64,000 bases of DNA from Bacteroidia bacterium (GCA_965216465.1 CBDCFW010000005.1:384001-448000), one strand, 5' to 3'; positions 25,063 through 35,082 are shown, counted from the first letter of the stretch. Translations and numbers: made by a program. Notes: generated from the sequence alone by a model not told the origin.

Positions 25063-25928
25063 AGCCAGGCCACTCCTAGAACAAATATCAGAATTAGAAG
25101 TTGAAGCAATCGATGCATGGGTTTGATGTTGCGATCGATTAAAAGCAGTAGTGTAAGTTTTAGGATTAAGATTAATCCAATCACCATAAAGAATTCCTCT
25201 TTGCCATTGATCCAAAGAAAAGCAGCATCCACCAAAATGCTAAATAAAATTATTACTTGAAAAATTCGTTTGCTCGCAACGATTCCAATACTCGTGGTAA
25301 TGCTTTCATAACCATAAACCACGTCTCCTTTTACCCCTTTTATGTCTTTATACAACTCCCGAGCAAATAGAACTAAGAAAAGACTTGACCCAAACAGAAA
25401 GAGGTCTATACTCAACATTTTGTAGTACAACACCAGACTAAAGAAAGCCATTACAGTAAGAAAACTTGCACTCAATTCACGTATCAACACCAGTCTGCTC
25501 AGCTTGTGTGAGTAGAACCAAAGCAAGAAGGCGTATACCAAAAAGAACAAGAAAATATTGAACGAGGCATACAGTGCAATTCCTAAAGCTAGGGTATTTA
25601 GCAAGAAATACAGCCTGAGTTTAAATCCCCTACTCACCAAATTTTGAAACCGTGTGCGGTAGGGTCGATTGACCATATCCTTTTCAATATCGTAGAAATT
25701 ATTGATGATGTATCCTGCTGCAAGCACCAAAGAAGTTGAAAGAATAATCAAGTGTACTTTGACTTCTGCTAGCGATCTCCAAATATCTTCTTTTACATTA
25801 AATGCAAAAAGAAATGCTATGTATTGAGCAACTAAAACCAGCAATACATTCTTCCATCTCACGGAAGACATTAATGCAATAAGTTTTAAAATTACAGAGT
25901 CACGTTTTTGAGATGAAGACGGACTCAA
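25059..25928 (-). CDS. UbiA-family prenyltransferase (DGGGP-synthase-like)
   Basis: GYIINNFYDIEKDMVNRP and RELYKDIKGVKGD motifs; multiple TM helices. Confidence 0.8.
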   Translation of the reverse strand: MSPSSSQKRDSVILKLIALMSSVRWKNVLLVLVAQYIAFLFAFNVKEDIWRSLAEVKVHLIILSTSLVLAAGYIINNFYDIEKDMVNRPYRTRFQNLVSRGFKLRLYFLLNTLALGIALYASFNIFLFFLVYAFLLWFYSHKLSRLVLIRELSASFLTVMAFFSLVLYYKMLSIDLFLFGSSLFLVLFARELYKDIKGVKGDVVYGYESITTSIGIVASKRIFQVIILFSILVDAAFLWINGKEEFFMVIGLILILKLTLLLLIDRNIKPMHRLLQLLILIFVLGVAWL

Positions 25929-25932
25929 AACC

Positions 25933-26862
25933 TTAGATTTTTTGTACGAGTTCCAATTGATAGCCTCTCAACTGGTCTTGAGCTTTATCGAAGTCACGCG
26001 TAAATCCTAAGATGTAACCCCCTCCTCCACTTCCGCAGAGTTTAAGGTAGTAGTCTCCAGACTCTATTCCGGCTTTCCAAACATCTTTAAATGCTTCCGG
26101 AATCATTGGGCTAAAGTTTTTCAATAGTAAAGAAGAGAGTTGTTTCAAATTGCTAAACAATGGCGAGAAGTCTCCTTTCAAGAAGGACTTGATACATTCG
26201 TCGTTGTATCGCTTCAATTCGTGCTTAACCATGTTTCTGAAACCTTGCTCTTTCATGCGTTCCATAAATAACTGAACCATCGGTTGAGTTTCGCCAGGAA
26301 CGTTTGTATTCAGTAAGAAGATTGCTCCCTTACTTTCAGTAGTTTCTTGTGGAATTCCTACGGTATCCAATTCTTCTTTAGACTTGATTACAACAGGAAG
26401 ATTTAGATAGCAAATTAATGGATCAAGACCCGAGCTCTTTCCGTGGAAATGAGATTCCATCTGTCCAAAAATAGACTTTAACTTCTTTAGCTCTTTCTTA
26501 GAAACATTCTCAGGGTCAATTTTGCTAACCGCATACTTATCATAAATCGCGGCAACAAGAGCTCCTGAACTTCCAACTCCAAATCCTTGAGGAATTGTAG
26601 AATCAAATGCCAACCCACTTAGCAGGTCGCTTTTGAAAGTCGCTAAATCAAGTTTTGTATGGGCTACACCAGTTACCTCAAGATATGATAAATAGGTATA
26701 GAAGGTTCTTAGATGCTCATTCGACTCTGAGTACTTGTCTTCTGCAAAGTGAAATTTACCCTTGTAAAAATTGTAAGGAATAGACAAGCCCATGGCATCT
26801 TGAATAATACCGTACTCGCCAAATAATAAAATCTTACTATAGAACAGTGATTCTTTAATCAT
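25933..26862 (-). CDS. mvk: Mevalonate kinase (GHMP family)
   Basis: SKILLFGEY, IPQGFGVGSSGA, HGKSSGLDP and KLCGSGGGG motifs. Confidence 0.88.
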   Translation of the reverse strand: MIKESLFYSKILLFGEYGIIQDAMGLSIPYNFYKGKFHFAEDKYSESNEHLRTFYTYLSYLEVTGVAHTKLDLATFKSDLLSGLAFDSTIPQGFGVGSSGALVAAIYDKYAVSKIDPENVSKKELKKLKSIFGQMESHFHGKSSGLDPLICYLNLPVVIKSKEELDTVGIPQETTESKGAIFLLNTNVPGETQPMVQLFMERMKEQGFRNMVKHELKRYNDECIKSFLKGDFSPLFSNLKQLSSLLLKNFSPMIPEAFKDVWKAGIESGDYYLKLCGSGGGGYILGFTRDFDKAQDQLRGYQLELVQKI

Positions 26863-27892
26863 TTCCTTCAAGTTTTACTGGTCCAAAACCAACTTGGTCG
26901 CAAATATACGCACCATTTTGGCATAATGGCCTTAACTCCTTATCAACAAATTCCATGGCCTTTTGTTCATCCTGCTTAGGATAAAGGAAATGAACATTGG
27001 CTCCGGCGTCAAGTGTAAAACACCATTTCACTCTAGTTTCACGACGTATTTCCCAAATTTTTTCGATGATAGTAAGTGTGTTTGGCTTCATCAAAATAAA
27101 ATAGGGATTGCTACTCATCATCAAAGAATGCAGTGTAAGTGCCTCACTTTCAACTATTTCTATAAATTTATCCAAATCGCCATTTGATAGCACCTCTTTC
27201 AATTTACTCATATTAAGTTGAGCATGTTCAAATCGTGCTGACGCAAATGGATGATCGTTAATTAGATTATGGCCAACGGTGCTACTAACTTCTTTTTGGC
27301 CTTGATGAACCAATAAAATCGTATCGCAGAAATCGTTGAAAACTGGATGAATGTCGCTATATGCAATGGCATAATCATCGCTGCTTCCTTCAAAATCAGG
27401 GTGTATCCCCCACTCTGCTAGTGGACCAAATATCGATCTGCTTGCACTTCCGCTCCCTAACCTAGCCAGTTTTGATGCCAGTTGAAAATTGTCTTCTTGT
27501 AGAACACCAAGCTGTTTTGCAATATCGCAAATGCAAAGGGCTAATGCACTCATACCGCTCGCACTGCTCGCTATACCGCTGCTGTGTGGAAAGCTATTGG
27601 TTGTTTCTACCTTAAACTTTCCGGATTTAACAAATGGAAATTCAGCTGAAATACGATCTAAAAACTGTTCAATCTTAGGAATAAAACTTGGTGTATTCTC
27701 ACCATCTAAATACACTTGTATTTCTCTTGTGGAAGAATCCTCGTAAGTTAAATGTGTTTCTGTCGCACACTTGCTCAAAGTAAAACTGATTGATGAATTT
27801 GCTGGAAGTTGAACTCCATCAATCTTTTTTCCCCAGTACTTCACTAAAGCAATGTTCGATGGACTTTTCCAAGCTGCTGAATACGTGGTCAT
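26855..27892 (-). CDS. mvaD: Diphosphomevalonate decarboxylase
   Basis: SPSNIALVKYWGK, GIASSASG, ARLGSGSASRS and TLDAGANVH motifs. Confidence 0.93.
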   Translation of the reverse strand: MTTYSAAWKSPSNIALVKYWGKKIDGVQLPANSSISFTLSKCATETHLTYEDSSTREIQVYLDGENTPSFIPKIEQFLDRISAEFPFVKSGKFKVETTNSFPHSSGIASSASGMSALALCICDIAKQLGVLQEDNFQLASKLARLGSGSASRSIFGPLAEWGIHPDFEGSSDDYAIAYSDIHPVFNDFCDTILLVHQGQKEVSSTVGHNLINDHPFASARFEHAQLNMSKLKEVLSNGDLDKFIEIVESEALTLHSLMMSSNPYFILMKPNTLTIIEKIWEIRRETRVKWCFTLDAGANVHFLYPKQDEQKAMEFVDKELRPLCQNGAYICDQVGFGPVKLEGND

Positions 27893-27913
27893 TTTAATGC
27901 GGCAAATGTAATG

Positions 27914-28837
27914 CTATTTGATAAGCTGTGAATAGGTTAACACCGTTGAGTAACCTTTGTTTTCAAAATAGGCTGGTGTGTTTTCATCGCCACAAGCCAA
28001 AATAAAGTCACCACCCCAAGCACCTAAAGACTTTATAGCAAATCCATAATCCGAGAAATACAATTCTTTTACGGGTTGAAGCCCAACTACCTCAGAGACA
28101 ATTTTTTCATGCTTGGTTATGAGCTCTTGAAACTCATCGAAATCTTCACAAACTGAAATCAGGTCTGTGATATTTGAAATTTCCTGAATAAGTACTGAAT
28201 CAACTTTTAATTCTTTATAGCGCTTAACAGCTTCACTGCTGTCTTTCTTTTGGTTGAGATGAACAAAATACAATTGGTCTTTAAAGGCCGGATTAAAAAC
28301 ATAACCTTCCCATAATTCAGCACTTCTAAATAGTACATCGGTACCGGTCATGCCTACTGCAATATCATAACCGCTACCGCCAAAAGTAGCAGCAGAAATC
28401 TCAAAAGCATCTACTTCGGCCCACTTGGCAATGTTGCAAATGAGGGTTGAACTGCTGCCCAAACCCCAATCGTTTGGAAAATCGAGATGTGACTGCACCT
28501 CGTAAATCCCCTCTTGTAAAAAGCTTGGATTCATACGCAATGCTTCATTTAACAATTTGGTAAGTCTTTCAGTAGTAAGATCGATAACACAATCAACTTC
28601 GCACACTGCTTCAACCTTGGCATCGTTTCCTGTGGTGAAACTAAATTCTTGTGTGTACCATAACTCACCATTAGTATCAAACGCCTGCCAATATATGGTA
28701 TTAGTATCTTGATTTGCGTGATGATGTACACCTAACGATTGTCCCAGTTTAGTGGGTATAGCGAGAGCCAAAGCCTCATCTAAAACGAGGTATTCTCCTG
28801 AGATTAACAGCTTACCGGGTGAAAAATACGTTTGCAC
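27914..28837 (-). CDS. GYDIA-family GHMP kinase (probable phosphomevalonate kinase)
   Basis: GKLLISGEYLVL, WGLGSSSTLI, GGSGYDIA and KSLGAWGGDF motifs; located in the mevalonate cluster. Confidence 0.88.
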   Translation of the reverse strand: MQTYFSPGKLLISGEYLVLDEALALAIPTKLGQSLGVHHHANQDTNTIYWQAFDTNGELWYTQEFSFTTGNDAKVEAVCEVDCVIDLTTERLTKLLNEALRMNPSFLQEGIYEVQSHLDFPNDWGLGSSSTLICNIAKWAEVDAFEISAATFGGSGYDIAVGMTGTDVLFRSAELWEGYVFNPAFKDQLYFVHLNQKKDSSEAVKRYKELKVDSVLIQEISNITDLISVCEDFDEFQELITKHEKIVSEVVGLQPVKELYFSDYGFAIKSLGAWGGDFILACGDENTPAYFENKGYSTVLTYSQLIK

Positions 28838-28913
28838 GAAGACAAAGTTAATCTGAAAAATTGGTTAGAGGGTGGGTATTTCAGAAAACACACTTTACTT
28901 TAACAAGATGGGT

Positions 28914-29651
28914 TCACTCGCAAGAATATTTAAACCAAGTGGTATCAGCATTGACTTCGCCTATTACCTTACCATCAGTATCATATATGTATTGATATTC
29001 ACCAAATCCACCGTTTGGCCAGGTTGCATTTAGTCTATTATTCCTATCAACAAACGGATGGCTCAAAGAAGGAATTCCACAATAAACATATTGGGCCTCG
29101 TCATGTTTATATTCTCTTATTGACAGATAATCTTCTTCATTAATCGCACCATCGTAATTCCGATCAATTCTAACCTCCCTTTTTACTATATTTCCATTTT
29201 CATATGTAATAACTTCAATCCAATTTGGCATTGTTTCCTTTGCCCTATAATGCCATATGGTGTCTTTGCCTTCGCGATGAATACTCATTATCCACGTGTT
29301 CAACAAGGTATCCTTGTAAGACTTAACAATTCTATAGCCCACAGAATCTAGGTCTATTTCATAATTTGAACCATCTCGCCAGGTTACTCTTTGCAGGATA
29401 TCATTATTCCAATAGTAAGTCTGTTCTGGAACTAGAATAGTATCGTACATTGTATAAGATTGTTTAACTCGTCCTAATGAATCGTAGTCCCAAAGAACTT
29501 TAAATGTTCGAAATACTGCAGTGTCTAAACGGCAACCACAATCTGCTAAATCGGAATAAGACGCTTTTTTATGGTCTGGGGTATCTTCTTTTTCAGCACA
29601 TGCTGAAAGAAGTGCAAAAGCAATAATGAGGTAGGCGATATTCTTTGTCAT
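28914..29651 (-). CDS. Hypothetical lipoprotein with YD-like repeats
   Basis: Lipobox LSAC; YDSLGR and YDTDGK repeats; ends FKYSCE. Confidence 0.65.
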   Translation of the reverse strand: MTKNIAYLIIAFALLSACAEKEDTPDHKKASYSDLADCGCRLDTAVFRTFKVLWDYDSLGRVKQSYTMYDTILVPEQTYYWNNDILQRVTWRDGSNYEIDLDSVGYRIVKSYKDTLLNTWIMSIHREGKDTIWHYRAKETMPNWIEVITYENGNIVKREVRIDRNYDGAINEEDYLSIREYKHDEAQYVYCGIPSLSHPFVDRNNRLNATWPNGGFGEYQYIYDTDGKVIGEVNADTTWFKYSCE

Positions 29652-29705
29652 TTAGATAGTCAGTTTGATGAATAGACCACTTTCTTTAAATAACTGTTGC
29701 AAGAA

Positions 29706-30656
29706 CTAAAGCTCAACAACAAAATACTTGTAATGCCATGTCAGATAGTTTTTATCCAATCGGTGACCTTTGGAATACAACATTCGCTCGGTCAACACTT
29801 CATTCTTCCATGTAAAAAATTCATCAAAATTTCCAACTCTTGCTCTTGTTATTACTGTGTCTAAGAATCCAAGATCTGAATAGGAATATGTTCGATGATA
29901 ACCATCAGAATTTATAGGGTCGTATTCAACAGACCGTAGTTTACCATCATCTGTATAGGTATAATTAAAGATCATTACAGTATCACCAAATCTCCCTAAA
30001 ACTAATTGTTGTTTACATTTAGGATGAAATTGATCAAAGCTAGTTGCACACCAAAAGTTGATGTGGTGCTGATGTCCTCCATTTATTTCGTTGTAGGAAT
30101 AAACAGACCTTACTACCTGTTTGCCATTACCATACACGAGCTTCTCCATAGGGAGATTGTCTTTCATAATGTACCGAAAAAACGAACTACTCTTTAGTTC
30201 CCAATCCTTGTTTTTCCTATCATACCTTGTCGTCCTGCGATGTTCACCATTCGTTATTTGAAGTTCGTTTTTTGTCATTTGCCCTGATACTGAGTAATGA
30301 TAAATATGAGCGTTTGATGCATTGTAGAACTTAATAAATTCTTCCTCCAATTCTCTGATTTTCTGTGGAATTGTAAGTGAATCAATCGTAAGGTAAATAA
30401 AATTATTGTGCCGATATGACCCAACCATTATTTTTAACTTCTTATGGAAAATGTAGATTCCTTCAAGAGTTGAATCTGAAAGAGAAACGTGAAATGTCAA
30501 CGAATCTGAAGGTATACTGTCATAAACATTCGAAGTATTATAAGAATAACACTTCAGCACCACGAGATCCTTCATATCATATTCTCTCTCAATCTGTGCG
30601 AAGGATGATAGACTGCAGACAAGAAAAAATATAGTTAAGAGTTGCTTCAGTGTCAT
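29706..30656 (-). CDS. Hypothetical secreted protein with YD/RHS-like beta repeats
   Basis: Signal peptide (SSFAQ); YTYTDDGKL and YSYSDLGFL repeats; own TAACTTTG promoter. Confidence 0.65.
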   Translation of the reverse strand: MTLKQLLTIFFLVCSLSSFAQIEREYDMKDLVVLKCYSYNTSNVYDSIPSDSLTFHVSLSDSTLEGIYIFHKKLKIMVGSYRHNNFIYLTIDSLTIPQKIRELEEEFIKFYNASNAHIYHYSVSGQMTKNELQITNGEHRRTTRYDRKNKDWELKSSSFFRYIMKDNLPMEKLVYGNGKQVVRSVYSYNEINGGHQHHINFWCATSFDQFHPKCKQQLVLGRFGDTVMIFNYTYTDDGKLRSVEYDPINSDGYHRTYSYSDLGFLDTVITRARVGNFDEFFTWKNEVLTERMLYSKGHRLDKNYLTWHYKYFVVEL

Positions 30657-30700
30657 TTTTCAAAGTTAGGAAAAATAAAATCACCTAAATTTGAATTCTA

Positions 30701-31171
30701 ATGAAAACCTCAGCTCTCTTTACTCTTTTCGTTTTATGGTCTATTGCAGCATTCAGCCAAATTAACTATGACAGTCTTTTAAGTTTAAAGGATAACAATA
30801 TTGAAGAAAGTTTAGTGATTAAAGCCGGATTGGATTCGGATACATTTAACTTTAACTTACTTTCATACACAACATCAAATAATACCACCCAAGAGGTTCA
30901 ATACAACACAAACTATCAGTTTCAAAGAAATACCGTTTCTGTTACAGTTGATACCGTAAGCTTTGATTGCTCTGCTCAACACCTTAGAAACGCACAGAAC
31001 GAAATAAGTTCGTATAGAATTCAAGTAACATGCGACTTACGGGACCTTTGGGAGCTTCATAGGATTGATGGGGAGTTCGATACTTTCAAATTTTACTCTT
31101 CACAAAGCAAAAAAGGAAGACCCTTAAAAAAGCCAAGGTATTATCGGTCATTCATTGGGACAATTCAATAG
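30701..31171 (+). CDS. Hypothetical secreted protein
   Basis: Signal peptide (AFSQ); TAAATTTG element 7 nt upstream of the ATG. Confidence 0.6.
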   Translation: MKTSALFTLFVLWSIAAFSQINYDSLLSLKDNNIEESLVIKAGLDSDTFNFNLLSYTTSNNTTQEVQYNTNYQFQRNTVSVTVDTVSFDCSAQHLRNAQNEISSYRIQVTCDLRDLWELHRIDGEFDTFKFYSSQSKKGRPLKKPRYYRSFIGTIQ

Positions 31172-31187
31172 AATCTATTTAGGCTTT

Positions 31188-31595
31188 ATGCAGTTCCCAA
31201 TAGTCAACATATTCGAAAAGTGGAAGAATGAAGATGTTCTGGAATACATTCTGTTTGACCCGTACATATACACAAGAAGCGAAAAACTTTTTGACAAATA
31301 TTTTCGAAATAAAAAGTTCTGTGACTGCAAGGGTGATCTTTACCAAGTGGTAGGCAAGAATAGAAACGTCCCGGTTTGGCGACGTATTTTCTTTTTCCTA
31401 CCCAATGTTTATAGAGAACTTCTATTGTTCAAAAAACTTGAGCAAAGCATATCACTTAATGAAGCAAAACAATTATTGAAACAACACTCTTGCTCTCTAA
31501 ATTCAGTAGAGCTTGAAAATCAATTTAAAAATGCCAAAAGCTTTAAAGAGTTGTTTGATGGTTCGAAATCTTTACTGTTAATTAACTTTCTGTGA
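31188..31595 (+). CDS. Hypothetical protein
   Basis: Open frame filling the gap between neighbours; start set at internal Met (MQFPIV). Confidence 0.55.
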   Translation: MQFPIVNIFEKWKNEDVLEYILFDPYIYTRSEKLFDKYFRNKKFCDCKGDLYQVVGKNRNVPVWRRIFFFLPNVYRELLLFKKLEQSISLNEAKQLLKQHSCSLNSVELENQFKNAKSFKELFDGSKSLLLINFL

Positions 31596-31622
31596 GTCAG
31601 AAGCTGTTAACTTTGGAAGTCT

Positions 31623-32060
31623 ATGAGAATCCTTCAATTCGTAATCTTTATTCTATGCATAGGATCTTTAATCGGTTGTGATTTCAGTTGCCCCGCAGAC
31701 GAAACAGGACCAAATCCTTACACCTTTGAAGTTTTAGACAGTACTACTTTACGCAACATAATTAATGATTCGGCCTACTCTGAAGCCGATATATCCATTA
31801 CTCACTTGGAGACATCAGGAAAAGTAGACTTTGAGCTATATAACGGCTTTATTTCAATCCCCGAGCTTGAGGAAACAGGAACTTTATATCTTCAAATAAA
31901 ATTGGGCAAACGCAAACCGTTTAAGTTCTACATTGAAGAAGAGTACTTTCGAATAGACAAGTGCCAAGATGGAATGGAGTTAATTGAAAGTCGTATAGAA
32001 GATGCTGGACATGGTACAAGCATAATTGGGGATCACTATTTTGTAGTTTATCTGAACTAA
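31623..32060 (+). CDS. Hypothetical lipoprotein
   Basis: Lipobox LIGC; TAACTTTG promoter element immediately upstream. Confidence 0.6.
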   Translation: MRILQFVIFILCIGSLIGCDFSCPADETGPNPYTFEVLDSTTLRNIINDSAYSEADISITHLETSGKVDFELYNGFISIPELEETGTLYLQIKLGKRKPFKFYIEEEYFRIDKCQDGMELIESRIEDAGHGTSIIGDHYFVVYLN

Positions 32061-32112
32061 AACACACGATTACAGCTTAATTTCCGTTTCTGTTAAAGCA
32101 CCTTACTTTGAC

Positions 32113-32823
32113 ATGAAAGCTGTTTTACTTGTATTGACCTTTCTTCTATTGAATTATGCAAGCTCATTTGCTCAATTGGAAGTTGAATATTCTGGCACCT
32201 TTGGAAAAACATTTATCAAATTTGAGCCCAGCCATCCAGAAGCCACACGAGTGGAAGAAGGCTCAGGCTATACTTACGGAATTGGTGTTGATCTAAACAA
32301 ACCAATCTCCAAGAAATTTTTTATTTCCTCAGGAATTAAGTTGAACTACGTTAGCTCACGATTCTCGTATCCTGATTGGGACCAGCCATTTGTTGCCGAC
32401 TCTTTACGCTATGATATAAATTGGCGTAAATTGTCAAGAGGTACACAAATGCAAGTGCCGGTTAAACTAGGATTAAGGCTCCAAAATATTGATATTGAAG
32501 GCGGCTTGGTATACAGTTACACGTTTATTCGAAACTGCTATAGATTAGTCGATGCCGTTCAGCACGGAAGAATTCAAACCTCATCTTCAAACAACTCCAC
32601 TCCATGCATCAATGAATCTCAACTACTTTATACTGCTTCAATCAACTATAAAGTTGGAGATTTCTGGCGGATAGGAGTCGAATACAACCAAGGGATTACT
32701 GAATTTTATTCTTTGGGTGGAGGTTGTATCTTGCCTATCCCAAATATTAAACCTTCAGCAAACTATAAAACCCCTATTTATTGCTTGATGGTGCAAGCGT
32801 CTTACCAGATTAATGCAGAATAG
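32113..32823 (+). CDS. Outer-membrane beta-barrel protein (PorT/OmpA-barrel-like)
   Basis: Signal peptide, amphipathic beta strands, QVPVKLG and VEYNQGIT motifs, terminal QASYQI strand. Confidence 0.65.
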   Translation: MKAVLLVLTFLLLNYASSFAQLEVEYSGTFGKTFIKFEPSHPEATRVEEGSGYTYGIGVDLNKPISKKFFISSGIKLNYVSSRFSYPDWDQPFVADSLRYDINWRKLSRGTQMQVPVKLGLRLQNIDIEGGLVYSYTFIRNCYRLVDAVQHGRIQTSSSNNSTPCINESQLLYTASINYKVGDFWRIGVEYNQGITEFYSLGGGCILPIPNIKPSANYKTPIYCLMVQASYQINAE

Positions 32824-32852
32824 GCACAGATTAGGTATATTTCACAAGACTT

Positions 32853-33545
32853 TTGAGAAACCTCATTTACATATCTCTTCTATTTCTTGGATTTAATAAC
32901 TCTTACGCTCAAAAATCAGATTCGAGTTTTTTTGATGCCTACTCAATAAGTGCAGGTGTCAATTATAGTGACTTTAGCACTTATGGATGGGCTAATTTCA
33001 ATCGCATTTCTAGCTACCATTGGATCGTGCCTAGAAGCACCCCAATTGTCGGTCTCAGCGGCATCAAAGAAAACATCAACACAAAAAGCTGTTGCAATTA
33101 TTTTAGGGCTGAGCTATCAGTTTCATACAATCATTCTGAATTTAGTAACTATAACATCTTCGACACCATTTTCAAAGAATCAACTGGAAGTGCTCAACTT
33201 TTCTACACCTACCTATCTGGGCAGTACGGTTGGAAACTTGGAGATCGATGGCGACTTGGCCCAGTTTTTACAATTGGCGTGAGAATTGGTAGCTTGGTCG
33301 ATGACCAAAGCAAACCAGCTCTTTCCGATTTTGGATTTTTTAATCTCGAAAATGATAAATTCAACAAGAATTTAAACCGTTTTGATGCTTCCTTGGGTGC
33401 ATCAATCATTTTTAAACTCAACAATGTGTTTTTCATTGAAGGTGATTTAAACTATGGATTTCTCAAGCAAATTGAAATGGAAAATTTGCCAAACATTCAT
33501 GCAGCCAATGCCTCGCTGTCTTTAGGATATGTTATATTGAAGTAG
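32853..33545 (+). CDS. Outer-membrane beta-barrel protein (PorT-like)
   Basis: Signal peptide; AGVNYS and FDASLG motifs; terminal SLSLGYVIL strand. Confidence 0.65.
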   Translation: MRNLIYISLLFLGFNNSYAQKSDSSFFDAYSISAGVNYSDFSTYGWANFNRISSYHWIVPRSTPIVGLSGIKENINTKSCCNYFRAELSVSYNHSEFSNYNIFDTIFKESTGSAQLFYTYLSGQYGWKLGDRWRLGPVFTIGVRIGSLVDDQSKPALSDFGFFNLENDKFNKNLNRFDASLGASIIFKLNNVFFIEGDLNYGFLKQIEMENLPNIHAANASLSLGYVILK

Positions 33546-33595
33546 AACTACTTCAACACCTCTCCCCCTCTTAGTCGCATGAATGCATACTCCAC
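33545..33595 (-). pseudogene. Displaced duplicate of the last 16 codons of the HMG-CoA reductase gene
   Basis: 33545-33573 is identical to 35129-35157 (29 bp) and similarity extends to 33595. It reads VEYAFMRLRGGEVLK* against VVDAFKRLRGGEVLK* in the live gene. Confidence 0.9.
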
Positions 33596-33649
33596 GCGTG
33601 AATCAGAGAATTTTTTGAAGCCAATTTTGAAGACTACCAGGCCGTTATC

Positions 33650-34339
33650 CTAAAACTGCCAGCCATAACCTGCCCTTAATTGCACTGCGGAAGAACGGCG
33701 AACAACAGTCTCCTCGCAATCGATTCCTGAACAAAGGTTATACTTTGCAGAATGAAGTCCCGCTGAAAAAAATAGTTTCCCACTTTTATTGCGTTCTTTT
33801 CTTAAAAGCAAAGCATATTCAGCATTCACATCAAAACCTCCGGTTGTCCAATACACAAAGTCTTTTAACGTTCCTGCAGTAAGCGATACTGTACTTACAT
33901 ATCTGTTTTCAGGATTAAATTGAAAGGTTCCAATTGCACCTACATTATACTCTAGAAAATCTCCAATACTAATCGATCCTCTCAGACCTGCTGAAAAATG
34001 ATTGTCAATTCTTTTTTGAACCGATAAGCAATAAAACCCGCCACTGCCAGCATAATTATTTCTATATAGCCCCCCGATATCGTGAGAAATGACAATTGGA
34101 TTGAGCTCTTTAGTTAATGGATATGCCCTGTGATATGGTTTATAAATACCATAACTGATAAACGACAAAGAGTCAAAACATAAAATATGTTTGTTTTTGG
34201 TTTCAAGACAAACCTGATTTAATTCTTCCATATAGAGTTTACCAATATAGCGGTTACCAGAAGTATCTTTTAATTCAACAAGTTGAGCAAGTCCAACATG
34301 CGACGCTATCAACATAACAACAATTGCCAGATACCGCAT
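33650..34339 (-). CDS. Hypothetical outer-membrane beta-barrel protein with a small N-terminal domain
   Basis: Signal peptide; terminal LRAGYGWQF beta signal. Confidence 0.65.
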   Translation of the reverse strand: MRYLAIVVMLIASHVGLAQLVELKDTSGNRYIGKLYMEELNQVCLETKNKHILCFDSLSFISYGIYKPYHRAYPLTKELNPIVISHDIGGLYRNNYAGSGGFYCLSVQKRIDNHFSAGLRGSISIGDFLEYNVGAIGTFQFNPENRYVSTVSLTAGTLKDFVYWTTGGFDVNAEYALLLRKERNKSGKLFFSAGLHSAKYNLCSGIDCEETVVRRSSAVQLRAGYGWQF

Positions 34340-34341
34340 AA

Positions 34342-35082
34342 CTATAATTGCCAACCCAATTTTAAGACCATTTTGTACTCTGGATTCCAGCCTAAGGATG
34401 TATAATTAAATACGCGATAAACAGGATCGTAGCGCCGTTCAAAGTCTTCACCAACGCGCCGCAACACTGCCATTGAAAGATTAAACGACCTCCCTTTCCT
34501 CGGCTTGTAAAAACGATAGCCCAACTCTAAAGAATGACCGAATTTCTTATATCGATCATCACGCAAACCACTGTTAAGCATCAATAAATAAGCTGGCTCA
34601 TACGACAAGAAGGGTGTTGATCCAGCAGGTCTCAAATTAACCCTAGTTTGCAGAGCAATATGTGCTGTCAGTGGTTCATAGTTATACCAACCAATATCTT
34701 GCTTAAAACCGATTCCGATGCCATTCTGAAAGTGCTTGTTGTGGCGAATTCCATAAAACGTTTCAACACCAACACCCAATTGATCAGTTGCATCAAAATC
34801 CACTAACAAATTGGTTGTTGAATACCACTTCTTTTGACCTTCAGTGGCTAGGATATACTTCATAGAAGCCTTGCTTTCGTCTTCTACTTTCAATACTTGG
34901 TCTTTCGTAAATAACAACAGATGGTCTTCCGATGTGAGCAATTGCAAGGTATCATTCGAATTACGAACCACAATGCCTTTATACTCTGAGCCATTCTTTA
35001 ATATGATTCGTTTGTGATTTCCTAGCTGAGCAAAACACGTGAATGTACCAAGCAGTAACAATATGAAATTTAGTATCTTCAT
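34342..35082 (-). CDS. Hypothetical outer-membrane beta-barrel protein, similar architecture to 33650..34339
   Basis: Signal peptide, IILKNGSEYKG N-domain, terminal VLKLGWQL. Confidence 0.65.
   Translation of the reverse strand: MKILNFILLLLGTFTCFAQLGNHKRIILKNGSEYKGIVVRNSNDTLQLLTSEDHLLLFTKDQVLKVEDESKASMKYILATEGQKKWYSTTNLLVDFDATDQLGVGVETFYGIRHNKHFQNGIGIGFKQDIGWYNYEPLTAHIALQTRVNLRPAGSTPFLSYEPAYLLMLNSGLRDDRYKKFGHSLELGYRFYKPRKGRSFNLSMAVLRRVGEDFERRYDPVYRVFNYTSLGWNPEYKMVLKLGWQL

Noticed and set aside
28895-28906. Possible older relic of the mvaA end (TTG TTA AAG TAA, LLK*) at the left edge of the inserted array
   Set aside because: Only 9 of 12 nt match in AT-rich DNA, which is indistinguishable from chance.
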